From: Flavobacteriales bacterium
Lineage (GTDB): Bacteria > Bacteroidota > Bacteroidia > Palsa-965
DNA length: 64,000 bases
Direction: 5' to 3'
Assembly: GCA_040377305.1 (NCBI GenBank)
Contig: JBEIPA010000012.1
Span: 64,001 to 128,000, forward strand
This document shows, piece after piece, positions 54,801 through 64,000 of the stretch (positions are counted from its first letter, which is position 1; each line of letters opens with the position of its first letter). A program made the translations under genes and the position numbers. The notes beneath the pieces were generated by a model. It ran no database searches. It was given only the letters and a program-made list of their open reading frames with translations, and was not told the origin of the DNA.

Positions 54801-56434
54801 GGCACGTAGGTGGTAAAGTCGATATCAAAGGAAGTTTTGAAAAACCCCGGTTGAACGGTGATTTAGCTTTATCGATTGGGAAGGTAAAAGTTGATTACCT
54901 GGGAATTGAGTTGACGCATAAGCCTGCGCAGACACTTTTGGTTCGGGAGAACAGGTTTGAGTTTGACAATTTCAAAGTTTCAGACAACCAACGCGATACT
55001 GCAATTATCAACGGTCAGCTGTTTCACGACAACTTCACCAATTTCCAGTTTGATATGTTCTTTGAGTTCAATCACTTCATGGTGCTGAATACAACCGAGA
55101 AGGACAATGAAGATTACTTCGGACGTGTTTTTGCTACGGGTTACATGGATTTGTTCGGTTACGCTGATAAGAAGATCACAATGAATATCACCGCGCAAAC
55201 AGGAGGTCTCTTGTTACAGAACGGCAATTTCATTTCTTCCGATTTCAATATTCCGATGAGCACAACAAGTGAGGCCGGAGACAATGAATTCATTGAGTTT
55301 ATAGACGAGGATGAGGTGATTGATTCAACAAACATCCCTGCGAAGAAAGTGTTCAAAGACAACGGAATTGAGTTGAACATGAATCTCTCCGTCGACAACA
55401 ACACTTTAGTGCGTGTGATCTTTGATGAAACGGTAGGGGATGAACTTTCTGCAAGAGGAAAAGGTGAGTTCACCATGCAGATCAAACCGACTGGTGAGTT
55501 TACGATGAAGGGTGCATATGAAATTGAACGTGGAGATTACATGTTCACACTCAAGAACATTGTGTATGCACCGTTTGAACTTGTCAATGGAGGAATCATT
55601 ACCTGGAACGGGGATCCGGCTGACGCGCGTATTGACGCCGATGCTATTTACTATGCCAATGCTTCTGTGGAACCTTTCTTCCCATACGACACAACAACGG
55701 CAGCATATCAACAGAACTATCCGGTGAACGTAATCATGCACCTGGATGGTCAGCTCACAAATCCGGGCTTGTCCTTCGATATTGAATTGCCGACAGCCGA
55801 TCCGAACATTCAGGAAACGGTTCGCAGCTACACACAATCGGAATTGGAAATGAACCGACAAGTTCTTTCACTAATGGTATTGAACAGTTTCATGACTCCT
55901 GCCGAGTTCCGCGATGGAAGTGATGGCAATAGTGCGGGAGGAGCTGCCGGTACAACGCTACTCAGTAATTTCGTTTCTGGAACATTGAACAACTGGTTAT
56001 CACAAATCAGTGAAAACACAAACGTGAAGTTCAAGTACCGACCGAACGATGATATGAGTTTGCAGGAATTGAGACTTGCACTGGGGACTCAGCTCCTGAA
56101 CAACAGGCTAACTTTCGACGTGGCAGGCTCTCTGCAGAACGCGAACCAAACTCAGGTGCAGGGTGGATATAACCAGTACGTCGACGTAAACGTAGAGTAT
56201 AAGGTAACAAAAGACGGACAAGTACGCCTGCGCGCATTCAACCGAGGAAATGAACAGTCTGCAATTACGCAAGGAGCCAACCATACGCAAGGTGCGGGCG
56301 TCTTCTATAGGGAAGATTTTGAAACATTTAAAGAGCTAATGGATCGTTACCGGGCGAACTGGAACAAGCCTGCGAATAATGAAGAGAAGAAGAAGCAGGA
56401 AGAGCAACAGGTTCCTGATCCTAACGCCAATTAG
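51818..56434 (+). CDS. tamB: Translocation and assembly module TamB
   Basis: N-terminal TM, ~1540-aa beta-taco body, C-terminal G.I.W.GDP...QVLSLMVLNSF...GAGVFYREDF; divergent from tsaD. Confidence 0.88.
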   Translation: MSAIKEKVRKITKKLLKFLGWTTGILVVLLVIAYFAFRSPKVQTWVAQKLSNYLADELKTKITVGGVDIKFFTSIELEELYVEDQHGDTLLLAPSFTVDLSLFNFSDQHVSIDAITLTDANIALKKYEGDTGLNYRFIMMYFKNTDTTKVVDEEAEWEVALGKIALENCTFSYIDTRFSDVDRGMDFENILVTEIYTTLERIEPMGDSTSVYLSELRAKEQCGLNIEHLESRVMIADTFIKMNDLIIQTPGSDIKGWMGFHFESFDDIEDDFIHKVKMDGHFSESVVEMGDVAYFSPVMLGIQKKVLLTADISGTVEKLKTKNVDLRFGKSSRLAGNFSFDGLPDIESTDMHFKFKDATTNFEDLSGIPVAPFNDTSFLDVPDRIALLGNMSFTGTVEGFMHDFVAHGKLKTGQGNLVLQNLVMSQDSTADDYTWEGILSAEEFNIGTYLGVPDMGRITGTANIIGYGTDVPSIVASMNANFSAFEYYGYRYSNIVVTEGQLAKEVFEGVVDMDDPNVGLHYDGYVDFKNQNDPILEFYAKIDSANVGALGFADTSLGLIVSSEMYFDMHGSNIDNLDGTITLNNIDFTKLGKNYHLTTMVLSSTFTGQSSRVLAFSSDFVNARMEGQFEVMEVGHAFTDVMSAYLPAYFPPHAVDPKKKETLQKFTLTANFLRNTDAIKAFVPELMIAPGTFLQMGLDQSTRSLNLNVFKCDSLFYGAYEIYNFQQARVDGTHGAADLKINLERVQVNDSTGFDNISLHSQASSNTLTTDLFWQNETEKANMGKLRTVATFETQKSLSVKIEEGTFSFNDTTWNADPNGIIRKDSSSWTFKNVNFQSGAQYIMVNGRVSENPKDLLTVHFNDFDLDGLNFFLSASGVTIGGNISGDVNLSNLYHAPKFDGDVELKKIKLNNEKLGNGTAKAIYHPEVQGIEIDLILSNGAQDLETGGVINNIAMTGYYYPQRKEESLDLVVKLRQMPLGLIKPVLADYCSMVVGHVGGKVDIKGSFEKPRLNGDLALSIGKVKVDYLGIELTHKPAQTLLVRENRFEFDNFKVSDNQRDTAIINGQLFHDNFTNFQFDMFFEFNHFMVLNTTEKDNEDYFGRVFATGYMDLFGYADKKITMNITAQTGGLLLQNGNFISSDFNIPMSTTSEAGDNEFIEFIDEDEVIDSTNIPAKKVFKDNGIELNMNLSVDNNTLVRVIFDETVGDELSARGKGEFTMQIKPTGEFTMKGAYEIERGDYMFTLKNIVYAPFELVNGGIITWNGDPADARIDADAIYYANASVEPFFPYDTTTAAYQQNYPVNVIMHLDGQLTNPGLSFDIELPTADPNIQETVRSYTQSELEMNRQVLSLMVLNSFMTPAEFRDGSDGNSAGGAAGTTLLSNFVSGTLNNWLSQISENTNVKFKYRPNDDMSLQELRLALGTQLLNNRLTFDVAGSLQNANQTQVQGGYNQYVDVNVEYKVTKDGQVRLRAFNRGNEQSAITQGANHTQGAGVFYREDFETFKELMDRYRANWNKPANNEEKKKQEEQQVPDPNAN

Positions 56435-56468
56435 TGGAACTGACGCAATTTGTTTTTTTATAGTTCAG

Positions 56469-57386
56469 ATGAAAACAAAATCCAATTTCCTTTTCGTATC
56501 AGGTCTGCTTTGTTTAACGGTATTCTTTGCCTGCAACCGACATACAACTTCAACTGCTGATAGTTTTCAAGGACCTGTAGAAGGAGATACAGTTGCGTAT
56601 TTTCCCACAATGAATTCAAAGTTGCGTGAAGATTCAGTGCTAAGAACGGATGCTTACTATTATCGCATCAATCGGGTGAAGCGCGAAGAGATTACTGATG
56701 AGGACTCGAAAGAAGTGAATGAGTATGATCGTTTCGGCAATATGCTCCGCCAGGTTCACTACCTCGATGGAGAAATGTTCTGGAAAAATGTTGACGTGTA
56801 TAACCGCTTCGGAAATCACACATTGGGTGTGCACACGTTCTATGACAACGGACTACCGGATAACATTTACACAACAAAAAGTCAATTCGAACCGGATGCA
56901 TCCGGATTAGGTCAGCGCATTGTACGAACCGATATGGCCTGTGATGATACCAATGGAGATTTGGATAAGGACTATGCATACACCTTCACGTACAAGGGAG
57001 ATCTTGTTGACGTAGAAACCCGTTTCGTTGATGGGAAGTGTACGGAGAAGGTCTATCACACGTACAATGCTTCGAACAAATTACAACAAGACCTGATCAT
57101 TGAGTTCACCACCGAAGGACCTGATACTACAATCTGTACGTACACTTACGATGCGCAGGGAAGAGAAGTTAATTGGTCGGAAACATCACACGGAGTTTTA
57201 CTGAACGATCATCGCACAGAATATAATAGCGATGGACGCACTGCAAAATACTCAAGCCTGAACTACGAGCCGTACCTCACAATTACGTTTGAGTATTTCT
57301 ATCTGAAAAACGGATTGGTAAGCCACGTTGTTACAACGTACAACGGGAAAGCTACAACAGCGAAGTATAGGTACTCTTATTACTAG
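56469..57386 (+). CDS. Hypothetical lipoprotein with YD/RHS-like beta-hairpin repeats
   Basis: VFFAC lipobox; EYDRFGN, YNRFGN, YTYDAQGR and EYNSDGR repeats. Confidence 0.65.
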   Translation: MKTKSNFLFVSGLLCLTVFFACNRHTTSTADSFQGPVEGDTVAYFPTMNSKLREDSVLRTDAYYYRINRVKREEITDEDSKEVNEYDRFGNMLRQVHYLDGEMFWKNVDVYNRFGNHTLGVHTFYDNGLPDNIYTTKSQFEPDASGLGQRIVRTDMACDDTNGDLDKDYAYTFTYKGDLVDVETRFVDGKCTEKVYHTYNASNKLQQDLIIEFTTEGPDTTICTYTYDAQGREVNWSETSHGVLLNDHRTEYNSDGRTAKYSSLNYEPYLTITFEYFYLKNGLVSHVVTTYNGKATTAKYRYSYY

Positions 57387-57392
57387 AGCGCA

Positions 57393-58991
57393 CTACTTCT
57401 TCTTATCCTGCTCAATCCTACGGTTTAACACATTCCTCAATCCATGCGGATCCACACGCTTGCCGATGATCTTTTTGTTCTTGTCCATCAGGTACAGTGT
57501 TGGAGTAGAGAAGACGTCGTAATAGAATTTTGCATTCCCTAATTCCTGTGCATTCTTCGCGTGAACATCTTTCCACGTGTGTTTGTGCTCCTTGATGTAA
57601 GTTCTCCAGGTTGCATCTCTGTTCAATGGATCGTGCTCCGATAAAACAGCATACACTTCGATAGAAACACCGGCGGCCTTGAGTGAGTCGTAATAAATTT
57701 TCAATTCCGGAATTTCCACTTTGCAGTGACTGCAGGTCGGATCCCAGAAAATAACAATGGTATAGTCCGCGTTAATTTTTGCCAGCTCTACAACGCGCTC
57801 GTTTGAATCCAGGAAGAACAAATTAACCGCCTGAGAGCCGATGAGTGTATATCTCAGTTTATTCGCGCGATCTACAATTTTCTTGTTGATTTCCTCTGTG
57901 AGCCACCATGCCTTGCGCTTCACGTGATTGCTGTCTACAATGGCAACAAACACCGCATCGAAGCCCATAATTTTTGACGATTCAAAGTGGTAGGTGAGAT
58001 AGCTCAGCGTATAACGGTACAAATCGTCAGATTGCTCTGTTTGTTTGAGCAACCAATTCATATTCACTCCAAGTGTATCCGGGTGCTGAGGAACGACTTT
58101 CTCTACCCAGAATTTCATTTTGTTGTAGTAGACCGGAGTGCGCAACAAACGCTCGTCTGTCCAGTCCATGCCATCCCAATAATGATTGCGGTAATTCCAA
58201 TAATTGAATGTACTGTCAATAGTGCCATCAGCTTTGCGCGGACATTTATCATAAGGAACTGTTTCCGGCTCTTCCATGAACTTCAACACCTTCGTCATGA
58301 ACATATCAGGATATTTCTTCTGATAATCTTTCTTGTACTGCTTTACTGCACTGTCAATTCCAGTGATCTTCTTGGTCATCAATGCCACTGAATCCTTGTT
58401 GCCACTTGCTTTCGCTTTATCCAAAGCCTGACGGTATGGTTCAACTTTCATTCCCTGCTCATTCATGAAACGCTGATGCTCGTAGAATGCAACATTCTCT
58501 TTCGATCCCTCAACTTTGATCGTCTCAACAATTTTCAAAGTATCAGGAACATCAACTTTGAATTTCTGTTCTTCTGCAAGAATAATTTCGAAGTGACGCT
58601 TGCTCGGCAATACAACCAGGTAAATTCCTCCCGGTGCTGCAGAGTCGGCCTGAAATACACAATTGCCTTTTGCATCTATGTCGGCCGTGTCGAGTACACG
58701 GTTTTGATTCGCATAATAATGTGCAAGCAGAACTTTACCAGATGTGAGCTGATTGAAGTGGAGAGTAAGCGCAAGATTCTGCTGCTTCGGACTTACCGGA
58801 TAATGTTTGCCGGGAGCATTTCCAACTGGCTTCTGCAACGCAGGATCTTCCGGAGAAACTTTAGCTGCAGGTTTAGCTGGAGATGCAGGAACCGGAACCG
58901 GTTTAGGAGGAGCAGGTTTTGGCGTTGGTGTTTGTGCAATCAAACCCACGCTTAATACAATTGCAGATGCAACAAGGAAAAGGTGCTTCAT
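57393..58991 (-). CDS. Periplasmic thioredoxin-like (TlpA/DUF5106-type) protein
   Basis: Signal peptide; HYWD...ERLLRTP; FWDPTCSHC CxxC; YDVFSTPTLYL. Confidence 0.82.
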   Translation of the reverse strand: MKHLFLVASAIVLSVGLIAQTPTPKPAPPKPVPVPASPAKPAAKVSPEDPALQKPVGNAPGKHYPVSPKQQNLALTLHFNQLTSGKVLLAHYYANQNRVLDTADIDAKGNCVFQADSAAPGGIYLVVLPSKRHFEIILAEEQKFKVDVPDTLKIVETIKVEGSKENVAFYEHQRFMNEQGMKVEPYRQALDKAKASGNKDSVALMTKKITGIDSAVKQYKKDYQKKYPDMFMTKVLKFMEEPETVPYDKCPRKADGTIDSTFNYWNYRNHYWDGMDWTDERLLRTPVYYNKMKFWVEKVVPQHPDTLGVNMNWLLKQTEQSDDLYRYTLSYLTYHFESSKIMGFDAVFVAIVDSNHVKRKAWWLTEEINKKIVDRANKLRYTLIGSQAVNLFFLDSNERVVELAKINADYTIVIFWDPTCSHCKVEIPELKIYYDSLKAAGVSIEVYAVLSEHDPLNRDATWRTYIKEHKHTWKDVHAKNAQELGNAKFYYDVFSTPTLYLMDKNKKIIGKRVDPHGLRNVLNRRIEQDKKK

Positions 58992-59045
58992 AAGTCCGGT
59001 AAAAATAAAGTATTTGCCTGCCGAATGCCTCAAAAACCAGACCAA

Positions 59046-60251
59046 TTAACGGTTTTTAGCGAGGCGCAGAACATTTTTTCTGACACTCAAGTAATTGAAT
59101 ATCAGGAAAAAGGCTAGGAGGCATACAGCGAGCAGGAGAATTTTCAGGTCAATTCCATTCTGTAAAGAGAAGCCTCTATCCTTGGCAATTCCTTTTGCAG
59201 CGAGCTTGATGAAGTAAACCCCGAACATGCCGGCAGTGATTAACCCGGTGAACAGCACGAAGTAGTACTTCATGTACGTTGCAATCAATTTGCGCGGACT
59301 ATATCCGATGAAAACCAACGTTTGAATTTCATACGAAGACTTCGCAATGACAAGCTGCGAATACAAAATGAAAACCATCAGTGCGAGGAAAATGATGATG
59401 GTTCCAATCACAACACAAATGCTCATGATTGTATTCAGCACGGAATTCAACATGGAGTTACGCAAACTCTCCTGACTTGTTTCGTAACCGTTCTCTTCGA
59501 AGTAGTCAATGAGCTGTGAAGTTGCGGGACCATCACTTTTGATGATAACGCGACTGGATGCGCTTGTTCCCGGATCTATGTCAGCGTATTCCTTATTCGC
59601 ATAGTCCATGAACGCCTGAGGAACGAGTATCGTGTTAAGACGCTCCGATAAACCGACAATCTTACCCTGATAGTTTACTTTGCCGTCGGGTGTTGTTAAT
59701 GTAATGTTGAATTCCAGAATCCCAACCATGTTCTCCGGAATTGGTGGCATATTCTGCGTTGGCGCAAATCCAAAATTGTACAGATTGATGTAGTTTTTCG
59801 GAATAAGAATTGGAATGACAGTTGAACCTGGAGTCCATTTCCATTTATCTGATGCAACATCAACAAATCCATCAGGAACAGCTTCAAAAAATGCCTGTGA
59901 ATTTCCACTTAATCCCGGAAGTCCTTCCATCCCGGAAATGGATCCACTCACTTCAAAGTGACTCGCTGTAAGCGGAGCAACATCGACAACACCTTGAATG
60001 GATTTCAGTTGTGTTATTTCTTCTGCATCAAAACCTTTTTGTCCACCGAACAACGTATTGATGACGCTTACCTGTTTGTTGATCGTGAAATATTGTGCCG
60101 CATTCAGATCGCTGTTGCCATTGATTACTTTGTCGAAGTCAATGTACAACTGCAGTGAACTCAGCAACAAGATAATTCCTGCCATAGATCCCGCAACTCC
60201 TGCAATGAGGAAGGACAATTTCTGATGAGAGAACAACAGCTTCCGTACCAT
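59046..60251 (-). CDS. ABC transporter permease (FtsX/MacB-like)
   Basis: 1+3 TM layout with a large periplasmic loop; YINLYNFGFAP; RLNTILVP; EIQTLVFIGY. Confidence 0.82.
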   Translation of the reverse strand: MVRKLLFSHQKLSFLIAGVAGSMAGIILLLSSLQLYIDFDKVINGNSDLNAAQYFTINKQVSVINTLFGGQKGFDAEEITQLKSIQGVVDVAPLTASHFEVSGSISGMEGLPGLSGNSQAFFEAVPDGFVDVASDKWKWTPGSTVIPILIPKNYINLYNFGFAPTQNMPPIPENMVGILEFNITLTTPDGKVNYQGKIVGLSERLNTILVPQAFMDYANKEYADIDPGTSASSRVIIKSDGPATSQLIDYFEENGYETSQESLRNSMLNSVLNTIMSICVVIGTIIIFLALMVFILYSQLVIAKSSYEIQTLVFIGYSPRKLIATYMKYYFVLFTGLITAGMFGVYFIKLAAKGIAKDRGFSLQNGIDLKILLLAVCLLAFFLIFNYLSVRKNVLRLAKNR

Positions 60252-60892
60252 CAGATTGAAATTTTGGTGGTGAATGGAAACAGATCATTCGGACCAAGAC
60301 TCGTCATGAGTAATCCGGCGTTGTTCTTTTTGCAGCGATCCATCACGAGCTCTACCACTTTGCGTGAGTTGTTGTCGTCGAGATGACTGAATGGTTCGTC
60401 TAGCAGCAAATAAGAAAATGGTTGCGCCATTGCACGAATTAATGCAACGCGTTGTTGTTGTCCGAGAGAAAGTTTTCCGCAAGGTGCATCCATGCGATGA
60501 TCAACACCGAGATGTTTCGCCATCTCGCGGATTTCACTTTCGCTAACAGACGGATTCAGATCGTTCTTCAAAATCACATTCTGCATCGCAGTGAGCGAAG
60601 GAAACAAACGCAGATCCTGAAACACAACTGAAATTTTATCGCGACGGATTTCTCCCCATTTCTCGACATCGAAAGTGCGGATGTCATCGTTGTCCATGAA
60701 CACGTGACCATCGTAATCGCGGCGCACGCCATAGAGAATGGAAAGCAATGTCGTTTTTCCGGTTCCGGATGGAGCTTCGGCAATGGTAAACGTGCTGCAG
60801 TCAATGTCAACGTCTTTTCTCCACAAAGAATATTCCGACAGAGGGCTGTCAGCTAAAGGAATGGGAATGACATTGTCGAGACGAAACTTCAC
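60251..60892 (-). CDS. ABC transporter ATP-binding protein
   Basis: APSGTGKT; LSLGQQQR; LLDEPFSHLD. Confidence 0.93.
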   Translation of the reverse strand: MKFRLDNVIPIPLADSPLSEYSLWRKDVDIDCSTFTIAEAPSGTGKTTLLSILYGVRRDYDGHVFMDNDDIRTFDVEKWGEIRRDKISVVFQDLRLFPSLTAMQNVILKNDLNPSVSESEIREMAKHLGVDHRMDAPCGKLSLGQQQRVALIRAMAQPFSYLLLDEPFSHLDDNNSRKVVELVMDRCKKNNAGLLMTSLGPNDLFPFTTKISI

Positions 60893-62478
60893 TTGGGCTG
60901 CAGAAATTGAATGATGCGCATGAGTGAATTGTCTTGTCCGTCTTTCATCACAAAACGAAATGTGGAAGTCGTTGGCGTTGATTCGTAACGCACCGTTTTC
61001 AGAATTCCTGATAGCGCAACATAACCCGCAAGATCTGCAGCATCCAGCAAGGGAGATTCAGGAGCGAGCAGGAGAGGAGGTAAATGTTCTTTTTCGAAAT
61101 CCATATACAGCGCGAATGACTGCAATGGAATTTGTTTCGCGTACGTATCCGGAAGTTTACCGCTGAGCTTAGTTTCTTTCGCAAGCGTTTCTGCCGTGAG
61201 ATAATCATTGGTGATCACCATCTGAGTAGGAGTGATGGCCGCATACACAACGAGTTCAACGCCGGGCGCCGCCCAGAAATTTTCTCCCATTTTCTTCATG
61301 CCGATCATGGTCAGGACATCTGTCGCTTCATTCGCATCCGTTATTCCCATTGCGATTGTCGTTACGGGAACTTCGATGGAAATTCCTTCCAGCATATTTG
61401 ACATCATATCAGCAGCAATTCCATCGAGTGGTCCCATCATGGCGCTCATTTCCTGCTGTACACGGGGATCGGTCGTCACAATGTTTTTGTAGTCGGAAAC
61501 AGCAACAACAACACTTCCGGTAAAGAGTTTAGCCATCTGATCATTCGTCAAGCCGAGTGAACCGGTCAGCATATCAACGTTCTGTTGCATTGCAGGATCT
61601 GTGCCGGCTGAACCAAGAAGATTTTTCACATCCAGATTCAACGACAGAAACAGCAGCGGATCTTTTGTTCCCAACGCAGCAAGATCACTCGCCGGAGGAC
61701 CAGCAGCTTTGAAGATTGACGGTTGCGTAGATTTTGGCGCAACATATTCCGTAACAATTTCATCCTGCTCAAAGCGAAGAAAGAACTGACTGTTTCCTTC
61801 TGCCATGCCAATCATTGCAAGCGGAGAAGTTTCCTGATTAAGTACTTTCAAACGTTCGTTGTTCGTCCACAAACCCGCATCAAACTTCTTCGCGTTGAAA
61901 TTCGAAAAGGATGTGTCTTCTTTGATCGATTCTTTTGCTGTTTGACCGAACAGTTCTTCCGTGTATGCGCGAACGTCTACTTCGCTGGTAGAAATGAATA
62001 AAGCCGCCTCCTTGTTCCATGCAATACCACGATTATCATCAATGTCGATGTAATTGCAGGAGCCAATATCTTCCACCGTACGATCAGGAAACATCTTCGA
62101 AGCGAAATCGGTAAAGTCGCCTTTGTCTTGAACAGAGACAACGAGTGCAGAAACAGTTCCGCCTTTTTCTTTCTCAACGAAGCCGTAGAAATTCTGAATC
62201 GGATCAATGCCCGTCGACAGAGGATCAGTCATGATGTTCACCAAAAAATCCGGAATGTCGTTCACTGCATCCTGTGCGGGCTTCAGCGACTCGAGTTTCG
62301 ACAAATCAACCTTCGAAGCAATTTCAAGATTGTGAATCGAGAACACCGCAGAAGCTTCTTTCGGAATATACTTCAGGTGCGCATCGTCTGTATGAGAGTT
62401 AAACCAGAACCACGCGAATACAGCTACGCCGGCTATCAAGATACCGGAGAACAACAGAATCTTTGATGTCTTACTCAT
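60889..62478 (-). CDS. DUF4836-like membrane-anchored protein
   Basis: N-terminal TM; HLKYIPKEAS; DPLSTGID; NSLMRI tail; overlaps the ABC ATPase start. Confidence 0.6.
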   Translation of the reverse strand: MSKTSKILLFSGILIAGVAVFAWFWFNSHTDDAHLKYIPKEASAVFSIHNLEIASKVDLSKLESLKPAQDAVNDIPDFLVNIMTDPLSTGIDPIQNFYGFVEKEKGGTVSALVVSVQDKGDFTDFASKMFPDRTVEDIGSCNYIDIDDNRGIAWNKEAALFISTSEVDVRAYTEELFGQTAKESIKEDTSFSNFNAKKFDAGLWTNNERLKVLNQETSPLAMIGMAEGNSQFFLRFEQDEIVTEYVAPKSTQPSIFKAAGPPASDLAALGTKDPLLFLSLNLDVKNLLGSAGTDPAMQQNVDMLTGSLGLTNDQMAKLFTGSVVVAVSDYKNIVTTDPRVQQEMSAMMGPLDGIAADMMSNMLEGISIEVPVTTIAMGITDANEATDVLTMIGMKKMGENFWAAPGVELVVYAAITPTQMVITNDYLTAETLAKETKLSGKLPDTYAKQIPLQSFALYMDFEKEHLPPLLLAPESPLLDAADLAGYVALSGILKTVRYESTPTTSTFRFVMKDGQDNSLMRIIQFLQPK

Positions 62479-62481
62479 GAT

Positions 62482-63768
62482 TTAATTTCTTTTATGCTGT
62501 GATGGTCCTTTGTTGTTTCCACCACCACCACGTGGGGAGTCTTTCGAACCGGGTTTGCGTCCACGACCGGAGAATTTCTTGTTTCCGCCTTTTCCTCCAC
62601 CACCGCCAGAACGACTTGCACTATTGTAAACCGGAGTTTCTCCAAGCTCAGCCGGAACAACGCCTTTGGTTACTTCATATCCAATCAACTTCTCAATGCT
62701 ACCGAACTTGCGCATATCATCCGGTGAAACGAATGTTACTGCTTCGCCTTTTGTTTCAGCACGTGCAGTTCGTCCAACGCGGTGAATGTAATCTTCTCCG
62801 TCTGCCGGCACATCGTAATTGATGACCATGCTGATATTCTCAATATCGATTCCGCGTGAAAGCACGTCTGTAGCTACGAGAATTTGCAGTTGACGGTTTC
62901 TAAACTTCAAAAGAACTTCTTCGCGTTCATTTTGTTCGAGATCGGAATGAATAGCTGCGATGTTTAATCCCAGTTTCTTCAGTTCTTTCTCCATGTTCTT
63001 CACATTCTGCTTTGTCGACGAGAAAATGATGACGCTCACCAATGCAGTATCTTTCAGAATATGCATAAGCACCGGAACTTTCTGCGCATCGTAAACACAA
63101 TAAGCTGTCTGTTTAATTCCGGCTGCAGGTTTTGAAATTGCAATGTTCACCTCTGCTGGATTTCTCAGCAACGTATTGGCCATCTGACGAATGCGTGAAG
63201 GCATGGTCGCAGAAAACAAAACGGTTTGCTTGTCCTTCGGAAGAAATCCGTTAATGCGCATAATGTCTTCGAAGAATCCCATGTCGAGCATACGATCGGC
63301 TTCGTCCAGAATTAAAGTGTTCAGTCCTGCAGTGTTGACGTAACCAAGATTCAGGTGAGAAAGCAAACGTCCGGGAGTGGCAATGATGATATCGCATCCT
63401 GTTGTCAGTGCTTTCTTCTCGCGATCGAAATCTTCGCCTTTTCCTCCGCCGTAAACAGCAATACTGCTGATGCCGCAATAGTAGGCGAATCCTGTCAAGG
63501 CCTGATCGATCTGCAAAGCAAGTTCGCGTGTCGGAGCCACAATCAAAGCCTGGATTCCGTTACGGTCGCCACGCAGAATTTTATTCATGAGTGGCAACAA
63601 GTACGCAGCCGTTTTTCCGGTTCCTGTTTGAGCGCAACCAATAAGATCGCGGTTCTCTATGAGATAGGGTATTGCTAATTCCTGAATGGGTGTAGCCTGT
63701 GTGTAACCCATCGCATCAATGCCATCAAGCACTGAATCGTCCAGGTCAAAGTCGTGAAATAATTGCAT
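62482..63768 (-). CDS. DEAD-box RNA helicase (RhlE-like)
   Basis: Q motif TPIQ; AQTGTGKT; PTRELA; DEADRM; SAT; SRGID; HRVGRTAR. Confidence 0.96.
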   Translation of the reverse strand: MQLFHDFDLDDSVLDGIDAMGYTQATPIQELAIPYLIENRDLIGCAQTGTGKTAAYLLPLMNKILRGDRNGIQALIVAPTRELALQIDQALTGFAYYCGISSIAVYGGGKGEDFDREKKALTTGCDIIIATPGRLLSHLNLGYVNTAGLNTLILDEADRMLDMGFFEDIMRINGFLPKDKQTVLFSATMPSRIRQMANTLLRNPAEVNIAISKPAAGIKQTAYCVYDAQKVPVLMHILKDTALVSVIIFSSTKQNVKNMEKELKKLGLNIAAIHSDLEQNEREEVLLKFRNRQLQILVATDVLSRGIDIENISMVINYDVPADGEDYIHRVGRTARAETKGEAVTFVSPDDMRKFGSIEKLIGYEVTKGVVPAELGETPVYNSASRSGGGGGKGGNKKFSGRGRKPGSKDSPRGGGGNNKGPSQHKRN

Positions 63769-64000
63769 TATGTTTTATGTACTCGGTATTAGGGGATTCG
63801 GAATCCGGGTTGTTTTTCGCGTGCATCCCGAAAACTGATGGGAGAGAAGAAAACAACCGGAATTACTCCGAATCACGTCTCGCAGCACTGGCATGAAGAT
63901 ACTAAACAAAATGCCTGTTTTGGGTAGATATTCACTTAAATATTGTATGCTTTTGTTGAGATTATTTACATTAGGCGAATAATACTCACATGTATGATTC

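Overview
A gene-dense 64-kb chromosomal segment from a Bacteroidota bacterium. The assignment rests on T9SS C-terminal domains, a PorP/SprF gene, TAnnTTTG -7 promoter elements and a Bacteroidota-type SRP RNA. Most of it is housekeeping or envelope biology: saccharopine dehydrogenase, LOG, uvrA, lytic transglycosylase, wecA-rfbC-wzc-wza-GT4, a Sua5/YciO-family gene, fsa/talC, ffs, mnmA, asnB, ridA, tsaD, tamB, an ABC transporter and a DEAD-box helicase. It also carries T9SS cargo: a PKD protein, a ~2760-aa repeat adhesin with a PorP partner, and an S8 protease. The best candidates for undescribed biology are: (1) a tight operon at 3927-5622 with two small paralogous membrane-anchored proteins, each carrying two copies of a [Y/M]-[A/M]-x-[S/G]-S-K-[S/T] motif, upstream of a di-iron sterol desaturase/fatty acid hydroxylase; (2) a secreted low-complexity protein with three IDE[A/P]GTGK motifs (6547-7275); (3) a three-gene envelope operon of two paralogous beta-barrel/TSP3-like proteins and SPOR domains joined by long Gly-Asn-Thr spacers (7390-12567); and (4) a HipA-like kinase/DUF3037 pair. 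No tRNA, rRNA, CRISPR array, transposase or prophage was recognised. Family names come from recalled motifs, not from database searches.
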